64,000 nt of DNA, taken from contig CM120646.1 in assembly GCA_051362555.1 (NCBI GenBank), positions 744,001-808,000 on the forward strand, given 5' to 3'. Positions 15,101 to 27,300 of the stretch are shown piece after piece. A program made the translations under genes and the position numbers. The notes beneath the pieces were generated by a model, which saw nothing but the letters and a program-made list of their open reading frames with translations, did no database searches and was not told the DNA's origin. Within the stretch, counting starts at the first letter, position 1. Each line of letters starts with the position of its first letter. Source of the DNA: Lingula anatina. Its lineage: Eukaryota > Animalia > Brachiopoda.

Positions 15101-18100
15101 AAAAATGACAGTTAATTGATGATGGTTTTATGTAAAAAAGGTGTTGAAAATGGAAAGAAAATCATTTCAGTACAGTTATCTCTTGTTAACATTTTGGCAT
15201 TTTGAAAGTGTGACCCTAACTTCCATGTCCTTGGAGACCTTTCCATATCACATTTTCTGAATATCCATGATACTTTTATTTTTTTATAAAAAATTTGATG
15301 GTCATTATGCTGTTAAGTATTATGTTATATTGCATGAAAGTTAAAGAAAACCCTATTTTGGACACTGCTGCCAGGATAGCGATTAAGGGAAAACCATGTT
15401 ACTTATGATAATCAACCTTACTGAAAAGAGTGAAGTGCAGCTTGTGTTGGAAAACCATCGTAATTGTTTTCTGTTTTGAAAGCAATGCAGTACAGTGCTA
15501 TTTGGTGCAATAAATGTATATGGATAGTAGGCAGTTAATTCAGGGTTATAAAATAATTTGCTTAATTGATTTTCAAGTTATTTCAGGGTTATAAAATAAT
15601 TTGCTTAATTAATTTTCAAGTGGGTATTAAATGAGATTACATAAACACACATTGAGATTTCATTGTAAAGTCCCATCGGTTTAGTTTTCTTAACTGTGTC
15701 ACATAATTAGGAATCGATGATTATTATGCAGGTAAATGTTATTTAATATGGAAAATAAGTTTACAAAAAAAATTTTGTGTAACGCTTACATTAATGCTAA
15801 AGATGAATAACAGTGCCTTATTATTCTCAAACTCAATAGGGTTATTCATATCATGTTAGTAATTGTACAGCTAGATTAAAAGTTTGAATAGCAGCTTTAT
15901 TGGTATTTTTTGTTATGTTTTATTTTACATTTTCTTTTAATTTTTTTATGCTGTTTTTTCACTTTTTTCAACATATATGCAACATTAATAACACAATATA
16001 AGAAAAACAGCTTAACCAATTGTCATTATACTCACAGGAGTGGTCAATCTTACAAAAATGCAGGTTGAGTTCGAAAATCAGTGTTATCGGGCCATTATTT
16101 TAGAAGTTGTACTGTTTTTTCAAATTTCCTCAGATTCAATTCTTAGGCATGTTAACAGTCTCATTATTGAACTAATAAGATACGTAAAAGTGTGTGTTTG
16201 ATATTTCCTGCATCTTTACAACATTGTTAGTTGATTATGTAAAAATGATGGTAAACTTGTTATCATGTATTGTGTAATCAAGTGTCCAAAATGGAAATAA
16301 ACTCATATCATTGCAGTTTGTCAGATTCAATCATCCACATCTGCCATGATGACCATGATGGGAAAACCGTGTTACTTATGATTGTCAAACTTTCAAAAAA
16401 GAAACACAGGACTAAAATGCAGCCCAAGTTGGAAAAGCAGTCTAATGGGCTTCTTTTTCTGGAAGTTATACATTTTAGTGAAATATTCATTATCTTTTTG
16501 GCATATTCATTGTGGGACTCGGAGCTCCCATGGACATGAAGCCGGATGGTAATCAAATTTTCTACATGTTCATGCTATTTATAGTCAATAATCAAAAATT
16601 GGTGATAATTATTCTATAATTTATTATGTAATGTTACATCAAAATTGACAATAATCTTTTTGCACTGCTACTGCAAACATTATGAAAAGAAAACTGTGTT
16701 ATTTATTATTATATTTAACTTAAGAGTATGATTTTTAGGATTGGCATGCAGTTCAAATTAGAAAGCCAGGTCAATTGGGTTATCATTTATTATTGAATTT
16801 AATGCAATTTTGTGTGAAATTTCATTTTTCTCATTCTGGCACTTTCTAAGTATAAACTTGAACTCTGATGGGCCTGAAGCCTTATGCTTTTACTTTCATC
16901 AGTGTTACCTGTTGTGCAAAATTAAAATTTGATGTTGACTGTGCAGTTAAACATAATGTATTATTGCATCAGAAGTGGTAGTCTCCTATTTTGTGCATTA
17001 TTGTTTTGTGCTCTTCTTAAGTTGTGACTTATGGGCCTGAAAGACCTTTGAGAGGGTCAGTCTATAAATTTCCCTTGGGTATCACTTCGCTAATTTCAGT
17101 TATAAAGTAATTTGCCTAATTGATAGGCTACATAATAATAATAATAATAAGTTTATTGAGCACTAAATGATGTGAATACATTTGCAGGCTCTCTAGACTA
17201 CAATATTTACATAATATATATATGGGTATACAATTATATATGTTTACATATGTAGTATGTTAAATCATACATGTGTTAATGCAAATTATGCTATAATATT
17301 AATTAATTAAGCTATTCACAGCATTATTGACAATAAGTGGCTGTGATATACTAGATTTCAGGTGAACTATGTATTTTAACAGCAGTCTTTACAAATTCTG
17401 CTATTACTTTGAGACTTTTATGACAGGGTGGATTAAGGAGAATTGACAATATCTGATCACTGTCATCTAGACCCACTACACTGATTTTCAGTAGTTCATC
17501 ATGCATTCGTTGCCTCTCAACAGTGTATCTTGTGCATTCTGTGAGGAAATGTTTTTCATCCTCTACACAGTTGCAAGCTTTACATTTTCTCTCATCAAGT
17601 GGAGTTTTAGGGTTTGTGTATCGGCCCCTTTCTATTGCTAGGTCGTGGTCACTTAGTCTAATTTTTGCTAGTGTTTTGATATCTAAGGGTGAGACACTCA
17701 TTTTGATGTAATTTTCACATTCATAAGATTTTTTAATTGTTTTGTATGTCCTTAATTTGTTTGAGGTCGAACTATTTAATTCCTGCCAAAAGAGTTTTTC
17801 GATTTTTATGTTCAATTTTTCTACTAGGTTTTCTATTTGATGTAATTTCTTTGGTGGGTTGTTATCTTCTGAGAAACCCCAACAATTGTGAAAAGATTGG
17901 ATGGATTCTGTCCATGTGTTTCCCTTTGTGTCTTGCTCAAGATTGTACACCTGTTTTACAATTCTATTATCTGGTAGTTGTTCCAGTCTAAGACTATATC
18001 TTTGGACAAGTTTAGCTATAGTTGGAAAAATAGGGTACCTGCCGAGTTCGGCTCTAGACATGGTATTGCTAGCCTGCTTTCTTAGACCTAAAATCCATTT

Positions 18101-21100
18101 GCAAAATTTCAAGTGTACCTGTTCGAATGGCATTTTATTAATCTTTTTCAGAGACATGTTTTTCTGTTTTAGTATCTCCTGTGACCAGACCTCACTACCA
18201 TAAAGCAAAATTGGTTTGATGAGTTTGTCAAATAAGTTCATGCACAAAAGAGGTTTGGAGATGTTTTGAGAGGCAAGTGCTCCTTTAAGGGAAAACAGGG
18301 CTTTTAGGGCCTTTTTCTTTAAATTTTCAATTGCTTCCTTTAATGAGCCAGTATTGGAGAAAACTATTCCCAAATATGGGTATTGTTTTACTTCTTCTAT
18401 GGGTTCATCATTTATGTAAAATTTTGTTTGATGGTCAAGTTTGCCCTTCTTCCTAAACACCATTATTTTTGTTTTCTTTGTATTAATGTGTAACTTCCAC
18501 TTTTGACAGTACTGTTCTAATTTGTTCAGTAGATTTTGCAGTCCATCCTTTGTTCTTGACAGTAGGACCAGATCATCGGCATAGAGTATGTGATTGATGC
18601 CATCTACCTTGTCTGTGGCTTTGCATGTGTGGAAGGATTCTTTTATGTCGTCTATAAATATATTAAAGAGTGTTGGGCTTAGATTATCCCCTTGGCGGAT
18701 TCCAATCTTAGCAAAAAAAGGTTTGGTATAGCTGTTGCCTGTGGAGATTCCTAATTTAGTATTTTTGTACATATGTTTAATCAGATTGTAAAATTTTCCT
18801 CCTATTCCAAGTTTCTGTAATTTGAGTAATAGACCTTTGTGCCATACCGAATCAAATGCCTTTTTAAAATCAATAAAACATGCATAGACCTTCCTATTTT
18901 GATTTGTATATCTGTTAATAATTGATTTAAGTGTGAAAATGTGATCAGTTGTTCTGTAACTTGGTCTGAACCCACCCTGTTCTTCGCTGAGTTTGCCTTC
19001 CTTTTCAATCAAGTCAGTTAGCCTATTTGCCAGAATAGAATTAAATAACTTACCCAAACAGCTTGTAATGCAAAGACCCCTGTAATTTGAGGGATCCAGA
19101 CACTCACCAGACTTATAGAGTGGTATGACTATGCCTAAATTCCAAGCATCAGGGATCTCACCAGAGTTTAAGACCAGGTTAAAAATTTTAGTCATCGCAC
19201 CAGTTAGGTATGGTCGCCCAGTCTTAAGCATTTCATTTCGTATGCTATCTGCCCCAGGTGCTTTGCCATTTTTTAGCTTTCTGAGTGCTTTTTGGACCTC
19301 CAGAATGGTTATAGGGTCATCTAGTTTGGGATTCCCAGGGCAATCTTCATATTTTTTCAATTCATCATCAATATCATTGTCACCTGGAGGCGGGATACCA
19401 CACAGTTGTTGGAAGTAATTGTGCCATACATCAGGGGCAATAAGGTTGTTCTGATCCTCTTCTTTTTTAAGTTTTTTGATAATTTGCCAAAATTCTTTGG
19501 GGTTCTTTTCTTCAATGTTCAAAAGCTTTTCAAGGAGGTTGTCTTTATGTTCTTGTTTTTTCTTTTTCAGAAGTTGTTTGTACTTTTTGCAAGCTTGATG
19601 ATAAGTGTGAGAGATAAAGTGATTATTCGGGTTTTTGTGGAGTAGTCTCCCAAGGTGTTTAACATTCCGTTTTACTTCGATGCATTGATTGTCAAACCAG
19701 GGCTGTTTTTTATTCCCTTTTCTTGGATTACTATTTTTCTTTGACATTCTTTTTGTACGCAGTGATGCACTAGCCGCGCCATCTAGGATTTTATTAAAAG
19801 ACTGACATGCCTTATTTACTCCCTCTTTAGTAGTTGGGAAGGTGGTAGTTTGAAATTCACATATGGCTTCTATGTTTTTTTCACTTTCCAGTTCACTAAG
19901 AAATTTATCTGCAGAGTCATTGCCCCAGATGTACTGATCTTTGAATTTTTGAAGCGGAATAATTTTTGGTGACTCCTTGAAACCCTTACTTGCAATTGTG
20001 AGATCTAGAAGACAGTGATCTGAGATATAGTCAATTGGGTGAACAGTGAAATACTTTACACTATCAACTAACTTATCACTCAAAACTGCATAATCCACTG
20101 CACTACAGCCATTTTGATTGTAACATGTGTAGTACCCTAATGAATTTCCTAACACTCTTCCATTCAGTATTCTCAAATTGCTGCTAATGCATAATTCTAC
20201 AAGGGTTCTTCCCTGAGAGTTTATGATACTGTCTAAGTTGTTCCGAGCAGGAGTGAGCATATCTGTGGGGTGGCTACCAGGCACTGGGATACCGTGTGTG
20301 TTATCATTTTTGATATAATCTGGGAGTGTACCAGTTCTAGCGTTAAAATCACCCATGAGGCATATCATGCCATCTGATTGATACTGAGCTATTTCCTCTT
20401 CAAGGATGTCAAAGGTAGCTTCATCAAATCTCCCATTCTTTGGCTTAATATATACTGCACACACGAATAAGTCTTTTTGGAGACCGAAACACTGTCCTGG
20501 TAGCCTTATCCATAAGGTATTCTCACTTTTGCTAGACATTACATGAAGAGCACCACTAAATTGTTTTCTGTAATATATGACTATACCGCCGGATGGGCGT
20601 CCTTTTGTTTTCTTTTTTGTTTTTATTTTGTAGAAGTGGCCATGTGTTCCACTAGGTAGGACCATTTTTGATCTCAGGGTGCTAAAAGTTTCTACACATA
20701 TGAATATATCAAAATTTTCGACCATCTCAACAAAGTTTTCATCAGTAAGTTTCTTTGCTAATCCTCTAATATTTCTCATACCGATGCGTAACATGTTTCT
20801 CTGTAATTATTGATATCTCTTTAAAAAACATACAAAAAGACCTATCCACACTACTTCAATGAACTTACTCAGTGTTATACTAGTAATTAATCAGGGAGAA
20901 AATCTTCTTTTTCTTTTTGTTGATATTCACTTACTAGTAGTAGTTTTCAGTATTTACTTAAAGCATTTAGTTGGTCACTTAAAGCTTTCAATTTAAAAAA
21001 AAAAAAAAAAAAAAAAGTTCAGCTTCATCTTAATTAAAATCAATACATCCTCATCTGACTTATGGATTATATGTAGTGATTTTTACAGACACTTTCCTTA

Positions 21101-24100
21101 TATTATTTTCAGTAGGAAAGTAATTAGTAAACATAACCATTGTGTGTATATTTAGAATATAAGTAGTAAGCTATAGTGAGAATGTTTGCAATAACTTATA
21201 ACTCTTTCATTTTATAGGTTGTGACTATTAGTCTTTCTTTCAAAGTAATGAATACTAATAATGACTATTACTTACATATGGCATCCACTGGATATTTGTA
21301 GTTCTTTACTGTACTTGTGAGTGATCATATAACTAGCTTTGGAAAAGAATTACCTTAGCTTATGCTCTAGTTTGATTAAGCAGTCTCTCAGCATTTTAAG
21401 TTCGTTACCAATATTGCTATCCTTCTGTGGCACTGGCTGTGGCTGATGAATGTCATTGTTACGCCGATGTTGGTGTACATGATGGGCAGGAAAGGTACGG
21501 CGAGGTGTGTGTCTGGCAGCTTGTTTGATGTTGCGAGCAAGCGATATTGTCCCTTTAAAGTTCAGGTGAATTCCATCATGGCTAAATAGCCACCGCTTGT
21601 CAGTGATGTCAGTGTTCTGGATGTAGGTAACATTTTCCAATGATTGACAATATCTTTGGGTGAGAGTGTTTGTTTCCTGAGCTTTTTTGTTGAATGACCA
21701 GTTACCCCACCGAGGTAGTATGTTGCTGACTATAATTTCAGTGTCAGGATATTTCTGCTTAACACTTGTAATCAAGCTCTTCAATTCGTCACAAGTTTCA
21801 CGTGGTTGTTGTTTTTGGATGTTGTTTGATCCAATTATAAGAGAAATGGTTTTTGGACTGCCCCAGTTGCTCTCCTCGATCACTGCCTTTGCATCTGATA
21901 TTTGTCCACCACTCAAAGCAAAACAATGGCTATTGGTCCCAGGGAAAATTTTGTTAGCATTGAGTCCCTTTCCAATTGAGCTAGATACTATTGCATTATC
22001 AAGGGGTCCTGTGTTGATTTTAATATTCCATCTTGTATGTCCAGGGCCTTTTTCAGTGTTCAAAGGGTATTGGATACTAGTGCCATCACTGTTTGTGGGG
22101 GTTGTGGTGATTTGAGGTTGTACATCCAAAGTCTCAGTTACTTTACCCTTGGGTGGGAAAGATTTGTTTTGTGCAGCTCCACTAGAGGGTATGGTGTTAG
22201 TAGAGGATGGTAGGGGATCCTCTTCTCCCACCTGTATCGTGGACACAGGTGAACATGTCATGTTGCTGGTCTCTACGTGATTTAGTTTGATGCTGGTTAG
22301 CACAGGTAGAGGGGTGGGCTTCATCAATAGGTTACCTGTAGTTTCTGATATCTGTGACTCCTTGTTACCTGGTCCATTGTTTGGGAGAGGCATCTCTGCA
22401 GGTGCTTGTGGCGAGGTGCAATTATCTGTCACATCTATGATGCATTGTACTCCACAGTTTGTTGTTGGTGATTGGGGAGGAGGTATATCACACTGAGTTC
22501 CAGTATCTGATGTTGCAGTGATGGTGGGAATAAAGGCACATTGGGTCCCTTCATTCACACTTGTTGTTTGTTTTGCAGTAAGCTGGCAGCCAAGCTTCCC
22601 CACTTGATCTGATAATGTTGTTAATTGGGCTGTTAAGCGGGTCAGGGTGTCTTTCAAGTCTTTGTATTGCTCTGCATTGACTGTAGTTAGCCCAGTAAGC
22701 TGCTCCTCTATGGCTTGTAACTTTTCATTGCTATTCTTTGTATCCTGTCTCTCTTTATCTGCAGTTTTAAGCATTAATACTGAGTACTGGTTTTCAATTG
22801 TTTGAAGAGTTTCTTGTATTTTGCAAATTTCTCTCTCTGATTTCATGTTTTTGGGACTAGAATAAAGTTTGCCTGTTTTGAATCCTTTGGGAGTTGAGGA
22901 ATGGCGAGGCTTTGTTGGTTTTTTAAGCTCAGTTTGACTGTTATCTAGTATTGCTGTATCAAATTCTTCTGCTGATTTACTGGTAATTTCTGTGATTTCA
23001 GTTTGCACTACTGTCTGGCTGGCTGCCACTGCTGGCTGGATCTTTTTGGGTGTTGATATGAGCATTGCAATTTTTGGATAGTCATTTGCGAGCCAAAGCA
23101 TATAAGCTGCTCCTTGGATATGTATTTTCTTGGATTTGGCTGTACTGTAGAAAGTTAGAGAAACATGTCCTAGTTTAGATCCCATAGAGCCGATATAGGG
23201 AAATTTGAGTTGTGAGCCTGATCCTGAATTGACAACATCTTCCGTGGCTTGTTTGTGGTATGATTTGCAAGCTTCAAACCACTTTTTCACTAAGGGCACA
23301 GTACTGATTCCAACTATGGCACATTGGGCATTGTGGGTTGTGGAGACAATATTAGGACCATAGTACTCGTCTTGATAGTCATAATCTGATTCAATCCTAT
23401 TTTCCTGGTCATATACTAGTCTGGATTTTGGATTAATCAGTTTGTGGTAAGCTTCACTATATTCTTGGAGTAAGATTTGAGTATTTCCATTGAACTCATT
23501 CAGGTTACTTGCCTTTGAGGTGAATGCATCCCTTATCTCTTCAGCAGTAGCATTAGGCTTCACTCCTAGCTTAGTGTAGTGATTGTCCTCCATCTTTGTT
23601 GAGACTGTCTGTTTGCTCCTTGAAAGTCTTTTCCAGAATTTAGTCTTTTCACATAAGCTTTGCCTTAAATGTTTGATCCAGTGGTATGCCTTTGAATTTA
23701 AAAACAATCTTCACCTTGATTCAGTTGCATATTAGTAGCTGGTATAGGTATTTTGGTATAACTTTTAGAGAGCTCTTTGCATCCTCTCAGATCAGTCGGC
23801 CATCTTGAAATCTCATCATAAAGCACACTTGTGATTTGAGATTACATAAAGCACACTTGTTGATATTTCCCTGTAAACTCCCATAGGTTAAGCTCTCTGC
23901 TAGATTAATAATAAGGAAGCTGATGATTCAGTTGCATATTAGTAGCTAATAATAAGGAAGCTGATGATTCAGTTGCATATTAGTAGCTGGTATAGGTATT
24001 TTGGTATAACTTTTAGAGAGCTCTTTGCATCCTCTCAGATCAGTCGGCCATCTTGAAATCTCATCATAAAGCACACTTGTGATTTGAGATTACATAAAGC

Positions 24101-24247
24101 ACACTTGTTGATATTTCCCTGTAAACTCCCATAGGTTAAGCTCTCTGCTAGATTAATAATAAGGAAGCAGTGATAATTATGCAGGTAAGTTTTGTTTAAT
24201 ATTGCAAATAAGTTTTTAATATATATATATATAAATATATATATATA

Positions 24248-24332
<85 letters not shown>

Positions 24333-27300
24333 AACTGAAAGATTAAAAGTTTGAATAGCAGCTTCATTGGAATTATATTTATTTACCTCTGCCAAGGAGG
24401 TTATATTTTCACCCCTGTTTGTCATCAACATAACTCAAAAAGTTATGGACCGATTTTGCTGAAATTTTCAGGAACTGTCAGAAGTGGGCCAAAGAGGACA
24501 AAAATCAATAATAATCAACAATTGCTACCTTGGCAGAGGTCTGCACTCTTGGAGTGCTTTTCTAGTTTTGTTATGTTTTCCTTTATAATTTTTTCTCAAA
24601 CACTTGCATTTGTGACTTTAAACTCTCATCCGCCTGAGACTCTGACATTTCTGTTTTTCCACATAAGCAGTTGTATTGTTTTTTATGTCTTTAAACATTA
24701 TGTTACTTATGTAATATTATTTTATGCACTGTCATCATTTTTCAAATATTGAGACTTACATCATGTGAATTTGAACTCTCATGGTCCTGAAACTGTAATC
24801 TTATTGAAAGGGTAGATTGAGACCATCTTCTGGGACTTCCGGAAGACAGTCAGGTTATTAAGTTTATATTGCCTGGTATCTATTTTTTCTTCTGTTGGAA
24901 GACCATCAAAATGGAGGATGGATCAAAATAGATACTTTGGAATACTGTCAGAGAATATCTCTGGGTCCGCTCATGTTATTGACCATTTTACCTGTTGTGC
25001 ATGATTATAAAATTCAGTGTTGACTGACAGTGCTATTATAAGCATTATTTATTATTGCATCAAAATTAACAAAATGACCTTTTTTGCATCTTTATTTTCT
25101 GTTTTTTGTCTGTACATTTGACAGCTTTGCTGCCTTGTTGTTACTATAAGTTTAAAAGGCCATAAAGATGACAATTGCCTACTACTACTACTACGTTATA
25201 TATAAACACCTCAGATACCAGGCAATGAGAAGTCATGGAAGACATGGTTTGATTCTGATGCCCCAGAGGAGACAGTGATACCAGATGGCTACTCCAGCGC
25301 ACTGGACACCTTTAGGAAACTGCTGCTTATAAGGTAGCTTGGTCAGTCTTACTTTACTATACAACAAACATGTGGCATTTCTTGTATCTCAATATATTGA
25401 GAAGTATATCTGTGTCTTCTCGAAGATTTTAGCATGGGTTTAGCTTCTTCGGTCTTACTATTCCTACATTTCAATATATGCTGAAGTAGTAGTAATCTTT
25501 GCCTATTCACTTTCTTTTGTGAAGTTTTTTGTACGTAATATGGATTTAATTGTTTGTATATGGGCTGCATATGCTATAGTTAATCTTTAAGTCTAATTGG
25601 TCTGTTGTATGTTGGCAGGGATGATATTTAATTACATACAATATATAATTGTTCTAATATAATATTCACAGGTCCTGGTGTCCAGACCGCACTATGGCCC
25701 AGGCCAGGAAGTACATAGCTGACTCTATATTGTGATATATAATATTCACAGGTCCTGGTGTCCAGACCGTACTATGGCCCAGGCCAGGAAGTACATAGCT
25801 GACTCTATATTGTGATATATAATATTCACAGGTCCTGGTGTCCAGACCGTACTATGGCCCAGGCCAGGAAGTACATAGCTGACTCTATATTGTGATATAT
25901 AATATTCACAGGTCCTGGTGTCCAGACCGTACTATGGCCCAGGCCAGGAAGTACATAGCTGACTCTATATTGTGATATATAATATTCACAGGTCCTGGTG
26001 TCCAGACCGTACTATGGCCCAGGCCAGGAAGTACATAGCTGACTCTATATTGTGATATATAATATTCACAGGTCCTGGTGTCCAGACCGTACTATGGCCC
26101 AGGCCAGGAAGTACATAGCTGACTCTATGGGGAAGAGATATGCAGATCCTGTCATCCTGAACCTAGAGGCCACCTGGGGGGAAAGTGACCCCAGGACACC
26201 TCTCATCTGTCTCCTGTCCATGGGCTCTGACCCCACCAACCAGATTGAGGGGCTGGCTAAGAAACTGCATACTGGTCAGTAATTCTTAATAAGAAACCAT
26301 ATATGCTGGTCAGTAATGAAGACATTTCTCAACACAAATATTTAATAATTAACCTTCTCATATATTTTTTCTTTCAAAATTATTTTCCTTTAGCAAAATC
26401 ATCTTTCATAAAGTAAAAAATATTTTCAGTATATTAATTAATATTATGAATGTACATGTTGTTGATTGAGTATGTCATTATAACTTCAGAATGCAGAGCC
26501 ATCTCCATGGGTCAGGGTCAGGAGGTACACGCCAGGAAACTGGTGGCCTTGTTTATGCAGTCAGTAAGTAGACAGTTTTATGTTTAAGTATTTAGATTTT
26601 AAAGTTTGCCTTGGGACATGAGCAATTGCATTAGGCACTAGTTGCCAAGATATACCTTTTGCTTTGCTTCATTCCAGGGAGGCTGGGCACTGCTTCAGAA
26701 CTGTCACTTGGGTCTGGAATTTATGGATGAACTCCTGGAGACACTGACTGACACAGAGACTATCCATGAGGGCTTCAGGGTGTGGATTACTACAGAGGTC
26801 CATGACAAGTTTCCCATTAGTTTACTACAGGTGTGTTTGGCAGTGTTGTTTAAGTTTATGACAAGTTCCTCATCAACTTCAGTTATATATGTGTGTAATA
26901 TATGTTCAATCATCAAACCCATGACCTTTTTATCAAGGCTGGTCTGATGAGGACCTATGTGAGTTCTGTTTCACTTTCCAACAGTTTAATTTACATATGG
27001 TGAGAGATATTGAAGTCTTTATCCATAAAAAGGGATGTTTGGGTGTTGTACTTATGATCCCAGACCACCATACAGCAAATGTAGAGCTGCATGCTTGCTT
27101 GCCTTCTGCACCATTTTCAGGATTTATTTTTTAAGAACTACCTTAATTCATCTCTGTATATCTGCAATTTTGCAAAAACTAAAAAGAAATAAAGAAAACA
27201 AAAGTGAATGCAATGATATCACCCCTGTTTTCTGTGATTCCATGAGTTAGGCTTCCATCAAATTTACCAATGAGCCACCCCAGGGTATCAAGGCTGGTTT

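Larger units (their letters stand above)
17132..23808 (-). mobile_element. Full-length non-LTR retrotransposon (LINE), antisense to dynein; architecture resembles RTE-X/CR1-group elements
   Basis: Two intact ORFs; 3' AATAAA (tttatt 17152-17157) followed by a (TTA)n tail at 17132-17150; 5' end carries CAAGATGGCCGA (23796-23807, minus). Flanks rejoin into sequence resembling the HINE-2 segment at 15541-15760. Clade assignment is inference. Confidence 0.92.
12424..25140 (+). mobile_element. Composite HINE family 2 element (two 5' ends at ~12424 and ~13411), interrupted by a LINE and a small HINE, in dynein intron 13
   Basis: 5' hairpin atgtacagacacagatgtgtctgtacat, (GTC/GCC)n microsatellite, ~161-bp tandem units; 3' subTIR tgtctgtacat plus hairpin cagc-ttt-gctg at ~25107-25135; same architecture at 27861-30505. 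Confidence 0.75.

Noticed and set aside
17523-22496. Short plus-strand ORFs opposite the LINE ORFs, and similar ORFs opposite the 5.5-kb exon
   Set aside because: Antisense shadows of long coding frames with no independent signal
23594-23707. N-terminal 38-aa extension of LINE ORF1 given in the ORF track
   Set aside because: Starts at a non-ATG codon; the first ATG (23593) coincides with the start of the J-like domain
24035-24367. 110-aa ORF with IYIYIY repeat
   Set aside because: Translation of the (TA)n microsatellite
25657-26128. Regularly spaced repeat resembling a CRISPR array
   Set aside because: No unique spacers, units are head-to-tail copies of a dynein splice junction, no cas genes, eukaryotic context
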